In this document: positions 38,001 to 51,600 of the stretch, in pieces
How positions within the stretch are numbered: the stretch's first letter is position 1
Layout: every line of letters begins with the position of its first letter
Assembly: GCF_964355755.1 (NCBI RefSeq)
Contig: NC_092672.1
Span: 30,758,437 to 30,822,436, forward strand
Source: Antedon mediterranea
Lineage: Eukaryota > Animalia > Echinodermata
Direction: 5' to 3'
Length of the DNA stretch: 64,000 nt
Made by a program: the position numbers and the translations under genes
The notes under the pieces: model-generated
Database searches by the model: none
The model's input: the letters and a program-made list of their open reading frames with translations, nothing else
What the model was told of the DNA's origin: nothing

Positions 38001-39570
38001 ATACAAAACCAATCGTTGTTGGAACATATTACCGTCCTCCTGAACAGAATGTCAACAATTTTCTAAACTTTTTCGAAGACACTGTAAATAAAATTAAAAA
38101 CCTTGAAACCATCATAAATGATGATTTTAACATAAATACTAACAGAGACTGTACTCAATCTACGAATTATAAAAACGTTCTCGAATTACTAGGATTCTCT
38201 AATTTGATAAGTGAAGACACTCGTTTTGACAGGAATTCATCCTCATGTTTAGACCATATCCTATGTAATTCTCAAGACAAAATTTCTAATTCCGGTGTTA
38301 TAAACAAAGGCCTAAGTGATCATATATGCTGATATTTTGCACACGCAAATCTTGTAAAGCAAAATACTCATCGCATAAGACCATTTACTCAAGATCATTT
38401 AAACAGTACAACAAAGAGGAATTCCTGTCAAAACTGTCCGAAATAGATTGGACAAACGTTACATCTAAAGTTAATGTTAACGACGCATGGTCGTCATTTA
38501 AGGAAGCTCTTAGCTCCGTCATAAATTGTGTGGCACCCCTTAGAAAGATGAGGGTGAAACAAAGGTCAGATCCATGGTTTAACACAGATATTCTAAATGA
38601 TATACGAACTCGTGATCAATATTTTTATAAATTTAAAAAGAGTAAAATCAAAGAAGATCATGATATGTATTGTAAATTAAGAAACAAGGTCAAGCGCAAT
38701 GTTAAAAAAGCTAAATCAACGTATTTTCGAAATAAAATAATTGAAAATAAAAACAATCCTAAGAAATTATGGCAAAATCTTAAGGAATTAGGATAGTGAA
38801 AAGACGTCTGAACAAGCTAAAGTTGTTTTGGAAATAAATGAATCAAAAATTCACAATCCACAAGAGGTTGCTACACATTTTAATAATCATTTTACCAATG
38901 TAGCAAGATATCTTGTTGATAAACTTCCACCTATGAGTAACATGTTTAACTATGGTTCCAAAATTGTAAAAGACTTTTATTCTTCAAAAGTTACAACTCT
39001 TTTTAGCCTTAAACCTGTGTCAGAAGAATTCATTCTTAAACAACTTGAAAGTCTTGACCCTACGAAAAGTACAGGTCTCGATGGGCTACCAGCTAAATTC
39101 CTTAAAGATGGCGCCGGTGTACTGGCTTCCCCTTTAACGTATTTTATCAATTTGTCAATTAATGTATAAAAAAAAAATGTCGTAAAAATCCAGAAAACTA
39201 TAGACCCATCAGCGTCTTAAGTGTTGTCTCAAAAATTCTCGAAAGGTCGGTTTATGTTCAGTTAGAACAGTACCTTGTGGAAAATGATCTTATTTATCAA
39301 TATCAGTCAGGTTTTCGGCAATTTCATTCTACCGAAAGTTCTTTAATTAATCTTTTAGACACAATTAAATTAAATAACTCCGAAGGTACACATACTGGTA
39401 TGGTACTTATAGATTTATGTAAGGCATTCGACACTGTCGATCATGATATATTGTGTGAAAAGCTTTTGTTAATGGGCATCACCTCATTAGATTGGTTTCG
39501 TTCATATTTGTCAAACAGAAGCCAAATTGTTAAAATCGAAGACTCCTTATCCGTTCCCATGGATATTTCA

Positions 39571-42500
39571 TAATAATAATAATAATAATAAATGAAAACT
39601 TATATAGCGCCGGTATCCTCCACCCATGTGGCGCTCATGGCGCTTTGTGCATTAACAACGTGCGAGAACATCAGCAAATAGCGACGTCTTTAGGTTGGTC
39701 TTGAAACTGTTTAGACTAGTTGAGCATTTAACTGTTGCTGGTAAGCTGTTCCATACACTTGCGGCCGCAACGTAAAAAGATCTCTGACCCCACTGATTTT
39801 TCGCTCTACGCTCTTGAAGAAGGTTTTGTGACAATGATCGTAGGCCTCTGCGGGATGATTCGTAACGATCCACAAGGTCAGATAAATAAGCAGGAGCACT
39901 GTCATTTAGGATCTTGAATACAAACAACGCAAGTTTGTACTTAATACGTTGTTGAACAGGCAACCAATGCAAATCCATCAGGACAGGAGTTATGTGAGCG
40001 TTTGATTTTGTATAAGTTACAATTCTAGCTGCCATATTTTGCAAGCGCTGCAAACGTTGTATTTGAGATTTTGGTATGCCAAACAACAAGGCATTACCAA
40101 TGTCAATTTTAGAAGTGACAAATGAGTGTACAATCAATTCAGCTGTTTTCTTGTTAAGATTACCGCGAATACGACCAAGGTTCCTAATCGATATGCATGC
40201 TGCTTTAGATACAGTTGTTATTGGCGCTTCCATAGTGAGATTACTATCCAGCATGATTCCCAGATTCCGGACCACCGATGAGGGAGCGATGTTAGAGTTT
40301 CCGATTCTGATATGTGTGATGTTGATTTTGGAGATGTTACATTTAGACCCGATGATAATAAACTCTGTCTTTCCATCATTCAACTTTAGGTAATTTGTTG
40401 TCATCCAATTGCGAACATCTTCTATACAGGCTTCCATCTTACTGATTGCTGCAGCAACATCCCTTTGCACTGGATTTACTGACACATAAATCTGTGTATC
40501 ATCTGCATAGAAATGGAAATGTAGACTGTGTTTGCGAATAATGTCACCAATGGGAAGCGTATAAATGGAAAACTGGCCAGGCCCAATTACTGACCCCTGT
40601 GGTACACCATATTCCAGGCAAGCTTCATCTGAGAATGCATCATTGATACAGACTAGCTGACGTCTTCCTGTAAGATATGACTGGAACCAGTTAAGAGCAA
40701 CACCATTTATGCCAATGCGATTTCTCAGACGGGTTATCAGTCTTTGGTGATCAACTGTATCAAACGCTGCTGACAAATCCAACAACACCAATAGCGTTAT
40801 TTTCCCATCATTCATTCCTTGTAACAAATCATTCTGTACCTTTAAAAGGGAACTCTCCGTGCTATGACATGCACGATATGCCGACTGGTAATTCTCATTT
40901 AAATTATGCTTTTGAAGATATGGAGTAATGCGTGATGTCACTACACGCTCCAGAGTCTTTCCAAGAAAAGAAAGATTCGACACCGGGCGGTAATTTTTCA
41001 GCGTGTTATGATCCAAGTTTTGCTTTTTTATTAAATGACGAACGTGAGCAATTTTCAGTTCATCTGGCACTATGCCGGTATTAAGAGAATGGTTAATGAT
41101 TTCCGTTATTATTGGAACGACTGCGTCTATACACTTCTTCAGTATAGAAGTAGGAACTGGATCTAACCTGCATGATTTTGTTGGTGATTTCATCAGAATG
41201 TTGCGGATCTCATCTTGAGATGCTGGTGTAAATGTTGTGAGATGCTGATGAACAGCTGTCACAGGCTCATTAAATGACATGTCATCAATCTTGAAGTCGT
41301 CTCTGATGATCTTGATCTTGTCTGTGAAAAACTGACAGAACCTGTTCGCAAGATCTAAGTCAGAAAGACTATCTGGGAGAGGTGATACCTGGCGATGATG
41401 AAGGAGTTGGTTAACAATTTTAAAAAGTCCTTTCTGATCTGCTGCATGTTCTTCACACAAGCCAATGTAGTAGTTGGCCTTTGCCTTTCTTACCATGGAA
41501 TTTACATTCCTCTTCTGTGCAATGTAAGCTTGACGATCTATTTCCAGATGAGAGATTCTCCATTTCTTTTCAAGCTTACGCTTTGTTCTTTTCTCAGCAT
41601 AGAGGTCACTGTTATACCAACTAGTGTTTGGTCGGACCTTTACTGTTCTCTTTTTCGGTGGTGCGTGTTTGTCAAGAAGTTCACTCAAAGTGGTGACATA
41701 TAGTCGTACTTTACTTGATAAATCAAGATTTGAGAGCGAAGTTCCGAGATCAGACTGTGTGATATCTTTACATAATGTCTCAAAATTTATAGCATTCCAA
41801 TGACGAGTTTCGATGGATTTAGTGATTACGGATGGCTTCTTGATAAGGAGATTACATGTGATTGCATAGTGATCTGATATACCATCAATGACATTAAGGT
41901 TTGAGAAAACAGGAGGATCAGATGAACGAGTGATCAGCAAGTCTAATGTATGACCATGTCGGTGTGTAGGTGTAGACACATGCTGTTGAAGACTGCTTGC
42001 TACAAGTAGATTCCGAAAATGAATTGCATCTGCATCATTTGGCATATCCACATGGATGTTAAAGTCTCCAACGAATAGTATGGGAGCCGGCTTCAATACA
42101 TAGTGATCAACCAAAGTTGAGAATTCTTCAGTGAAAACATTTAGACTGCAACCCGTTGATTTGCTTTGAGGACGATATACTGCTACGAGGAAAACTGAGG
42201 ATGCATTGCTGACTATTTCCACATTTAGCAGTTCAAATGATTTTGGTAATAATCCCGTGTCATAACATTTAACCGCTATGCTTTCCTTGTAAAGAAGTGC
42301 AACTCCACAACCTCTTTTAGTACCAGCACGGGGAGCATGTTTGAGAGAGTATCCGTTGGGTGTAATATTTCCTATAACTGATGTGTCTTCTGGTTTAAGC
42401 CACGTTTCCGAAAGGGCAACAACATCCAGATTATGTTCGATAACGAAATCCACAAATTCTGTTGTTTTGTTCCGAACGGATCTTGTATTAATACTGCAAA

Positions 42501-43149
42501 ATTTAATATTGTTTTTAGATAAGAGAGAGTTTGATGATAAGTCCAGAAATGATAGATTGTTTTTAGTGTGTTTGTCACGCCCAGCTCTTGTACCACGCCT
42601 GGTTTTTCTTTTTGGCCTCCTTGGTAATAGGTGGATACTACAGCTACTGGAGTTCAACTTAAAAGATTGTATAATTAAGCAGGATTCTTCAAGAAGTTCA
42701 CAACTGTTATTGTTGTTGGTTACACAGCCCTGTAAACCATGAAGAAACTCAGAGCTATAGCTAATTAGCATGACAACAGCAGATCTTCAAGCATGAGGTG
42801 TACAAGGTCATTTACATAACAATATGCACAGTCAGATTGAAAGTACAGGGCTAGCTTCCCACTGATGCTAGTAGACCATTGTTCTTGGGCAGTGATGAGT
42901 TTGAATTAAAACAATAAAGGCACAAGCAGGGCCTAGCTGAACTTCAGGAAACAACAAGAAAAACAACTGCGATTTACTCCAAGATACGATTATTTCCACA
43001 TAAGAAATTTGTGAATATATGGTGCTCAATTTGCTATTCCAGCATCCAGTAAAACTTATTTGATGAAAAAAAACCATCTGCAAACAGATACGAAGTTGTT
43101 ATGCACAGAGCAATATAGAGCCGCCACATGGGCGCTGCAACATTCCTCA
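39571..43149 (-). mobile_element. L2-like single-ORF LINE, apparently complete, inserted in the RT of the host LINE
   Basis: GCGCTATATAAG..(ATT)n tail at 39571-39610 and a TTCA TSD; host RT reads MDIS|CGVPQG across the insertion. Confidence 0.9.
39652..42771 (-). CDS. LINE ORF2: APE endonuclease + reverse transcriptase, 1039 aa, uninterrupted
   Basis: RRGTRAG, INTRSV, LSETWL, VYRP, GDFNIH, TLDLLI, ISDH, NYRPVSNL, LDLSAAFDTVDH, GVPQGSVIGP, YADD, VRNLG. Confidence 0.96.
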   Translation of the reverse strand: MLISYSSEFLHGLQGCVTNNNNSCELLEESCLIIQSFKLNSSSCSIHLLPRRPKRKTRRGTRAGRDKHTKNNLSFLDLSSNSLLSKNNIKFCSINTRSVRNKTTEFVDFVIEHNLDVVALSETWLKPEDTSVIGNITPNGYSLKHAPRAGTKRGCGVALLYKESIAVKCYDTGLLPKSFELLNVEIVSNASSVFLVAVYRPQSKSTGCSLNVFTEEFSTLVDHYVLKPAPILFVGDFNIHVDMPNDADAIHFRNLLVASSLQQHVSTPTHRHGHTLDLLITRSSDPPVFSNLNVIDGISDHYAITCNLLIKKPSVITKSIETRHWNAINFETLCKDITQSDLGTSLSNLDLSSKVRLYVTTLSELLDKHAPPKKRTVKVRPNTSWYNSDLYAEKRTKRKLEKKWRISHLEIDRQAYIAQKRNVNSMVRKAKANYYIGLCEEHAADQKGLFKIVNQLLHHRQVSPLPDSLSDLDLANRFCQFFTDKIKIIRDDFKIDDMSFNEPVTAVHQHLTTFTPASQDEIRNILMKSPTKSCRLDPVPTSILKKCIDAVVPIITEIINHSLNTGIVPDELKIAHVRHLIKKQNLDHNTLKNYRPVSNLSFLGKTLERVVTSRITPYLQKHNLNENYQSAYRACHSTESSLLKVQNDLLQGMNDGKITLLVLLDLSAAFDTVDHQRLITRLRNRIGINGVALNWFQSYLTGRRQLVCINDAFSDEACLEYGVPQGSVIGPGQFSIYTLPIGDIIRKHSLHFHFYADDTQIYVSVNPVQRDVAAAISKMEACIEDVRNWMTTNYLKLNDGKTEFIIIGSKCNISKINITHIRIGNSNIAPSSVVRNLGIMLDSNLTMEAPITTVSKAACISIRNLGRIRGNLNKKTAELIVHSFVTSKIDIGNALLFGIPKSQIQRLQRLQNMAARIVTYTKSNAHITPVLMDLHWLPVQQRIKYKLALFVFKILNDSAPAYLSDLVDRYESSRRGLRSLSQNLLQERRAKNQWGQRSFYVAAASVWNSLPATVKCSTSLNSFKTNLKTSLFADVLARC

Positions 43150-44780
43150 TTCATGTGGAGTTCCACAGGGTAGCATACTGGATCCTTTGCTTTTTTTATG
43201 TTTCATAAACGATATGGTTGTAAGTATCGACCCCTGAATGCAAATTGCTGTTATATGCTGATGACAGTGCAATTGTTTTCTGGCACAAAGATCCGACTGT
43301 CGTCGCTGATAAACTTAGTAAAGCTCTTGATTCATGTAGAGTATGGCTTGTCGATAACAAACTATCTATCAATATCAGTAAAACTGAATCTATCATCTTT
43401 TGTACCCAAAAAAGACTTCAACGTTTACGATCTTTTAATATTATTTCGCATGGCCTCACTTTAACGGGTTCTAAGTCAGTAAAATATTTAGGTATAGAAC
43501 TTGATAGTTCTGCCTCTTGTAACAACATCGCCAAAAGTGTTATAAAAAAGGCGAATAGTAGATTAAGGTATTTATATCGTCAGGCTAGTTGCTTGGACAA
43601 AAATACGAAAAAATGTTATGCTCTGCCTTAATTCAATGCTTGTTTGATTATTGTGCTTCGACTTGGTATGAAGGTATTGACAAAGTTTTGAAGCAAAAAC
43701 TACAGACCACTCAGAACAAATTTTATTTACGGTTTCGGACCACGATCTCATATTGGTCAGAAGGAGTTATCAGACATTGGCATGCTTAAGGTGGAAAGTA
43801 GAGTAAAATTTCTCGGGCTTTGTAATGGTCATAAAATTGTCAATAACAATGCAGCTCCATATCTATCTGAACATTTCTCACGGACATCCACAATCCACAC
43901 ACATAACACACGCCAACGTAATGTTAATCTGGTTTTACCTCTACTTAAAGGAAATAAACAGTCTCATTCTACTTTTTTCTTCTCTGCTATCAAAGACTGG
44001 AACGCTCTTCCATCAAACTTAAAATTAATTTCCAACTTAACTACCTTCAAATCTCATATTAAAAAACATTTTGAACGCAATATTTTATATTTAGAATAAT
44101 TTTGATAACTATAATGGTCTTGATAACGTGCAATTTTTCTCATTACTTGTTTGCTTTCTCTTTTAATTTTTCTGTTTTACTGGGCTTTATTTTAATGTAT
44201 ATTTATATATTTATAGTTTTATAAATGTTGTATTTTCTCTTGTTTGTTATGTGGAATTTGGACCCCATTGGAAATGGGCTGGTTTTTCCGGCCTAATGGG
44301 TGTTCCTGATGCTCGTTATTTTGTCTTTTGTCTGTTTGTTATTTTAATGTTGAGCATCAAATAAATTCAATCAAAAAAAAACTCCTCGCATTTTTGTGGC
44401 GGGTATTTTTCAAGATGGACATCCATTAGACAGTGTATACCATGATCGGAAAACACTCCTATTTCGGGCAAATCGTTGAACCTAAATTCATTTTAATCGT
44501 CAATAACTAATTATCTAACATAATTTAATTAGTAAACAGGGTTACATCAGGTGTTTAAAATCAGTACCGAAAATACGAACCAACTTTATATACCATCGAG
44601 TAAAAATTCTAGAAGTAAGGCTTGATTTACCGAATTTTGCCCTTACGTACATTTATATATAGATAAATCGGTACATGGCTGGATCATCCGCTATAGTTAA
44701 ATGATGGAATGTCGATTTTTTTTAGAAATACAGGTTTATTTATTAATTGTTTCACATATCTTAAAATGAATTATATTTAC

Positions 44781-45110
44781 CCGTTGTATTGAGTTTTAAA
44801 TTGTGAACATCAGTTGAAATACTGTCACATAAGAGGTCCGTTTCATTAAAAAGTTTACATTTAGAAAGCTTCCATAATTTCTGACGATCCGGTAACGCCT
44901 TACTGTCTTTAATAGGAACTGGTGTCAAATAGCTTTCACTGAGAGTGCAAACTTTCACTACATCTTTATCATTATCCCACGAGTATTTACAAATCACAAA
45001 ATCACAGAATTCTTTTCCTTTCTCGTAACAGCTGTAATTTCTTTTCTTAAGTTTTTCGTATACATCCTTCTGCCAAGAAAGATCTTCAGTGAGTACAAAA
45101 ACATCACAAA
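44781..45110 (-). CDS. 330-nt phase-1 exon, compact TIR-like domain (copy 1); 42-nt linker exon at 45273-45314
   Basis: cag|TTTGTGAT...ACAACGG|gtaaat encodes VCDVFVLTEDLSWQKDVYEKLKKRNYSCY..CDFVICKY..LTPVPI..LPDRQKLWKL..DLLCDSI; the linker encodes ELTSKRKSNIEENK. Confidence 0.75.
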
Positions 45111-45869
45111 CTGCAACAAAAAAAAAAAATGTTTTTGTTTTATAAAAATGTAATATTAATAAGGTTGATGATAATTTGAATTGCTTACTATCGTTGATTA
45201 AAAAATGAACAAAAATGAATAATTATTACTCATCAGATAGATACAGTATTAAAATAAATTATCCTGTTTTACCTTTGTTCTCCTCAATGTTGGATTTTCT
45301 TTTCGAAGTCAATTCTACACATACATGTTTTAAAAAAAATATTATGAATTTATGTGTTAATACCTTTTAGTAACATAGCTTACTTTATAATTCTGAATGT
45401 AGCTTAAACTTTAAAGTTTAAGAGTAATGAATTGCATCACATGCCTAATAAAATATTTGTGTTTTTTGTTTCAATTTTTAAAAACGTGCTTAAAAAAACA
45501 GTTAATATTAATTGCTCTGTTTGACTCCAGGGACGCCCTAACAGGCGAATAATGCATGCTTCTAGGCAGAAAAATATTTTAGAAGCTATTGTCTAAGAGA
45601 CCTAATCAAATGCGTATCATTCATTTAATGAAATCAATCGAAATTGAACATTTTAGAATTATATTGTCTGAACTATAATCAAAATAAAGCGATGTTGTAA
45701 TATAGGCGTCCATTTAACGAAAATACAATTGATTTCCAGGAATAATTTAAATAAATCGGTACATGGCTGGATCATCCGCTGTAAAATTAAATTGAATGAA
45801 CGTCGATTTTCTTTAGAAATACAGGTTTATTTAAATTGTTTCACATCTCTTAAAATGAATTATATTTAC

Positions 45870-46199
45870 CCGTTGTATTGAGTTTTAAATTGTGAACATC
45901 AGTTGAAATACTGTCACATAAGAGGTCCGTTTCATAGACAACTTTACATTTAGAAAGCTTCCATACTTTCTGACGATCCGGTAACGCCTTACTGTCTTTA
46001 ATAGGAACTGGTGTCAAATAGCTTTCACTGAGAGTGCAAACTTTCACTACATCTTTATCATTATCCCACGAGTATTTACAAATCACAAAATCACAATATT
46101 CTTTTCCTTTCTCGTAACAGCTGTAATTTCTTTTCTTAAGTTTTTCGTATACATCCTTCTGCCAAGAAAGATCTTCAGTGAGTACAAAAACATCACAAA
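45870..46199 (-). CDS. TIR-like exon copy 2; linker exon 46365-46406
   Basis: Same splice sites and open frame as copy 1. Confidence 0.75.
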
Positions 46200-46971
46200 C
46201 TGCAAAAAAAAAACAAGTGTTTTTGTTTTATAAAAATGTAATATTAATAAGGTTGATGATAATTTGAATTGCTTACTATCGATCGTCGATCAATAAATGA
46301 ACAAAAATGAATAATTATTGCTCATCAGATAGATACAGTATTAAAATAAATTATCCTGTTTTACCTTTGTTCTCCTCAATGTTGGATTTTCTTTTCGAAG
46401 TCAATTCTACACATACATGTTTTTAAAAAAAATATTATGAATTTATGTGTTAATACCTTTTAGTAACATAGCTTACTTTATAATTCTGAATGTAGCTTAA
46501 ACTTTAAAGTTTAAGAGTAATGAATTGCATCACATGCCTAATAAAATATTTGTGTTTTTTTTTTTTCAATTTTTAAAAACCTGCTTAAAAAAACAGTTAA
46601 TATTAATTGCTCTGTTTGACTCCAGGGACGCCCTAACAGGCGAATAATACATGCTTCTAGGCAGAAAAATATTTTAAAAGCTATTGTCTAAGTACCCCGA
46701 GACCTAATCAAATGCGTATCATTCATTTAATGAAATCAATCGAAATTGAACATTTTAGAATTATGTTGTCTGAACCAAAATCAAAATAAAGCGATGTTGT
46801 AAAATAGGCGTCCATTTAACGAACATACAATTGATTTCCAGGAATAATTTAAATAAATCGGTACATCGCTGGATCATCCGCTGTAAAATTAAATTGAATG
46901 AACGTCGATTTTTTTTAGAAATACAGGTTTATTTAAATTGTTTCACATCTCTTAAAATGAATTATATTTAC

Positions 46972-47301
46972 CCGTTGTATTGAGTTTTAAATTGTGAACA
47001 TCAGTTGAAATACTGTCACATAAGAGGTCCGTTTCATAGACAACTTTACATTTAGAAAGCTTCCATACTTTCTGACGATCCGGTAACGCCTTACTGTCTT
47101 TAATAGGAACTGGTGTCAAATAGCTTTCAATGAGAGTGCAGACTTTCACTACATCTTTATCTCTATCCCACGAGTATTTACAAATCACAAAATCACAATA
47201 TTCTTTTCCTTTCTCGTAACAGCTGTAATTTCTTTTCTTAAGTTTTTCGTATACATCCTTCTGCCAAGAAAGATCTTCAGTGAGTACAAAAACATCACAA
47301 A
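46972..47301 (-). CDS. TIR-like exon copy 3; linker exon 47465-47506
   Basis: Same splice sites and open frame as copy 1. Confidence 0.75.
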
Positions 47302-48070
47302 CTGCAAAAAAAACAAATGTTTTTGTTTTATAAAAATGTAATATTAATAAGGTTGATGATAATTTGAATTGCTCACTATTGATCGTCGATCAATAAATGA
47401 ACAAAAATGAATAATTATTGCTCATCAGATAGATACAGTATTAAAATAAATTATCCTGTTTTACCTTTGTTCTCCTCAATGTTGGATTTTCTTTTCGAAG
47501 TCAATTCTACACATACATGTTTTTAAAAAAAATATTATGAATTTATGTGTTAATACCTTTTAGTAACATAGCTTTTTTTATAATTCTGAATGTAGCTTAA
47601 ACTTTAAAGTTTAAGAGTAATGAATTGCATCACAAGCCTAATAAAATATTTGTGGGTTTTTTTTTCAATTTTTAAAAACGTGCTAAAAAAACAGTTAATA
47701 TTAATTGCTCTGTTTGACTCCAGGGACGCCCTAACAGGCGAATAATGCATGCTTCTAGGCATAAAAATATTTTAAAAGCTATTGTCTAAGTACACTGAGA
47801 CCTAATCAAATGCGTATCATTCATTTAATGAAATCAATCGAAATTGAACATTTTAGAATTATATTTTCTGAACTATAATCAAAATAAAGCGATGTTGTAA
47901 AATAGGCGTCCATTTAACGAACATACAATTGATTTCCAGGAATAATTTAAATAAATCAGTACATGGCTGGATCATCCGCTGTAAAATTAAATTGAATGAA
48001 CGTCGATTTTTTTTTAGAAATACAGGTTTATTTAAATTGTTTCACATCTCTTAAAATGAATTATATTTAC

Positions 48071-48400
48071 CCGTTGTATTGAGTTTTAAATTGTGAACAT
48101 CAGTTGAAATACTGTCACATAAGAGGTCCGTTTCATAGACAACTTTACATTTAGAAAGCTTCCATACTTTCTGACGATCCGGTAACGCCTTACTGTCTTT
48201 AATAGGAACTGGTGTCAAATAGCTTTCACTGAGAGTGCAAACTTTCACTACATCTTTTTCATTATCCCACGAGTATTTACAAATCACAAAATCACAATAT
48301 TCTTTTCCTTTCTCGTAACAGCTGTAATTTCTTTTCTTAAGTTTTTCGTATACATCCTTCTGCCAAGAAAGATCTTCAGTGAGTACAAAAACATCACAAA
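48071..48400 (-). CDS. TIR-like exon copy 4; linker exon 48561-48602
   Basis: Same splice sites and open frame as copy 1. Confidence 0.75.
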
Positions 48401-48665
48401 CTGCAAAAAAAAACAAATGTTTTTGTTTTATAAAAATGAAATATTAATAAGGTTGATGATAACTTGAATTGCTCACTATCGTCAATCAATAAATGAACAA
48501 AAATGAATAATTATTGCTCATCAGATAGATACAGTATTAAAATAAATTATCCTGTTTTACCTTTGTTCTCCTCAATGTTGGATTTTCTTTTCGAAGTCAA
48601 TTCTACACATACATGTTTTAAAAAAAATATTATGAATTTATGTGTTAATACCTTTTAGTAACATA

Positions 48666-51600
48666 TAGTACAGTCACATATGTAAGAAAAACTAGCTCCA
48701 GCTCGATATTTGTGCCAAAATAGATTTTATTGGCTAACTTTGTTATTTTTGAGTTGCTGAATTCAAAACAGTTAGGTGCCATTTTTTTCGACCACTCCTT
48801 CAGCCGCCATTTGTATTTCAAAATGGCCGACATTCTACACTGAACTTTGTCATCCATGGTATCATCGGAAAGGGAATGTAAAACTGATCATTTTATCCCA
48901 TTATATTCATATCAAAAAATACATAGTTACATAGTTATTTAACAATAAACAAGTCACGTGACCAAAAAGGTCAAAAGGTCAACATTTTAATTTTCTCAAA
49001 TACTTTACTGTTTGGTATCGTAGGATAGCTTTTTTTATTCTGAATACAGTTTTACTAATATCTATTCGATTTTCGTTTGTTTATTGTCATAATTTTCCAA
49101 TTGTTTCCATTGTTTTTAAATGTACAATAAAAAAGGTCTCCTTCGTATTAAGATAAATACGGTTTTTCTTATTGGTTAAATTACCGTAATTCATTCAAAA
49201 GTTGGTAACATTTATCTGGTTATAATAATAATTTCAGTGTGAAAATACTTTAGTAGTCGTTTAACTATCAAGATCCTCGATATGCCCGGTTTTCGCATTG
49301 CAAGTACAGTAAACAAGGCCAACAGCCATTAGTCGCGTGCTGAAACGCATAGTGATACTGGACCGACAGACAGACCGACCGACCGACCGACATAGTGAAC
49401 TATGGAGTCCCGTCCACGCAACTAAAAACAAGATCAAATAAACATTGCTTTGCCGGTTGCGACGCAAACATAATCTTGGAGGTAATGTAATTGATTTTGG
49501 TACCTTTTATTTGAGCAAGTTCATGCTACAGCAGAAACGTAACTTTGAAAAGGAATTTATATTTCTCTTAATTCTGCTAGTTAATGCAGTTTTATTTATA
49601 ACTATATACAGTGCAGTGCCGTCTATGTTGTTTTTTTCAAACATGGTGTTCTGCCAATAACATGGTTGCATGTTGTAAGCCTAGGCCTATATATATAAAG
49701 TAAATCGATAAAAAAGTTGTTGCTTATTTAAATTAATTTATGTACACATTCTTATATTATATATATTGGATATTTGTGTGACCATAAAGACAGGATAGAA
49801 AACAGCTCATCTATACTGTGTATAAGTAGTCGAATAATCTTACACCGTTCCAGATGATAACATAATTTATTGCATATACAATTAAATCGGTGGCATAAGT
49901 ATACAAATACTAACAACAAACGGATACAATGGGATCATGCCAAAGAACAATAAAATAATAATAATAACACTAATAATAATAATAATTCAAAACGCACAGA
50001 TGACTGAAAAGCCGATTCCATCCCAATCCCCTACCGGTGTGTGGTCGCACTTTACTCTTTAAAAAAACCCCACTGCATTTTTGATAAATATAACTGAGAA
50101 ATGCAGTAAAAGTAACGAAATTAAAATACAAATTTATAAAAGGGAATTCAATAACTGAAATCATTACATACGGTACATATTAATAAAGTGTCTCTGTAGT
50201 TAAAAGATTTCGTTTTTCTCAAACTAATTTGAATATTATTGCTGGAAAGCGGATTTTGTTTCCCTTCTTTCTGATAAGTTCTTAAAGTTAAGTTACCACA
50301 AACAAGTATAGTTTGATTAATTATTCTATGTGACTTTTGATAATAACAACGTATAGTTAGGATTTATATTGCAATAACCACAAACCATACGTAAAAATCA
50401 ATGGGATCTTTTAGACGTTAAAAACACCGTAATTCGTTTCTTTACAATATCAATTGGTATTTTGTAAAGGTAGTAAAGTCAGCAGTATGACACTAAATTT
50501 TCTTTATTTCGTGTAAACTTTATTTAAGGAAAACTAATTGATCTTGGTTTTTTTTACTTAATTCTTAAAATTTTTTCACTGTATAATAATATCAAATGCA
50601 AACATTCTGTTTGCTGCACTTATCTGACGTTCAAAGAGAAAAGGAAAGGCATGCCAATTAACATTGGGATTGTGCACAGATGGTTTTAAATTGTTTGGTA
50701 CCCGCTTTGAAAATACAAATGATTTTGAACGCTACGCAAATGATACCATTCCCCGTAGCATTTTTTTTGTTTACGAAAAACAGAAATGTAAACTACTAAA
50801 AATAAAATAGATTGAGAATTTAAGAAGCTATCCAACGAAAAAAACAAAGATGTGATTTGACAACAGTTTATTTCACCTTTGTTCACGGACTATAGTTATT
50901 TTGATTTTAAATTAAATAACTCGGAAAACTTGACATTGAAGTTAAGTGTAATCCTGTACCGTACGGTACTTATTCAGTATTAAGATAATATATAATATAA
51001 TATAAAACATATAAATGGACAATGACAAAGTAGAAAGAAAATCAAACAAACATATTTTGAATGAATTGTAAAACCAATAAGAAAAACCGTATTTATCTTA
51101 ATACGAAGGAGACTATTTTTTCATTGTTAAAATGAGTATAGCGAGGCATTTAATGAATAGGCAAACTGCCAATTAAAATGTGACATGTTTCGAGAAACTA
51201 TTCTCGTCATCAGAAGAACAAAAAACAACGCCTAAAGTATACTTATATTCCAATAGTACAGGTTGTATGTAAATAAGAAACTAATTAGCATGCTAAAACA
51301 ACAAGGAACATTTAAAAACAATTTATATACATAATTGGAACATTATGACAATAAACAAAGTAAAATAGAATAGATATTAGTAAAACTGTATTCAGAATAA
51401 AAAAATCTATCCAACGATTCCAAAAAGTACAGTATTTTGGTAAAATTGCATTTTGACCTTTTGACATTTATTGGTCACGTGATTTGATCTATTTCGCAAT
51501 TACTATGTAACTATGCGTTTATTGATATGGGTGTAATGGAATAAAATAATCAGTAATAAATTCCCATTCCAATGATACCATGGATGACCAACTTTAGTGT

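Larger units (their letters stand above)
36707..44380 (+). mobile_element. Degenerate CR1/L2-group LINE (PHD-like finger, APE endonuclease, RT), split by a second LINE
   Basis: Frameshifted ORFs 37482-39573 (AGDVSLNHGP, CDVC, LNVRSL, YYRPP, LDHI, YQSGFR, DLCKAFDTVDH) resume at ~43150-44099 (CGVPQGS, LYADD, VKYLG); AATAAA/TCAA tail at ~44360-44380. Confidence 0.9.
35670..44663 (-). mobile_element. Non-autonomous Helitron (~1.3 kb) carrying nested LINEs
   Basis: Minus strand reads A|TCTATATATAAA...hairpin-CTAG|T. The empty site tttaaa|taaatcggtacatgg is visible in the neighbouring repeat units (e.g. ~45751). No TSD. Confidence 0.9.

Noticed and set aside
39711-42742. Short ORFs overlapping the LINE ORF2 (and similar ones over the Gypsy and PLE ORFs and 17362-17736)
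   Set aside because: Antisense or alternate-frame shadows of real coding sequence with no recognisable motifs.
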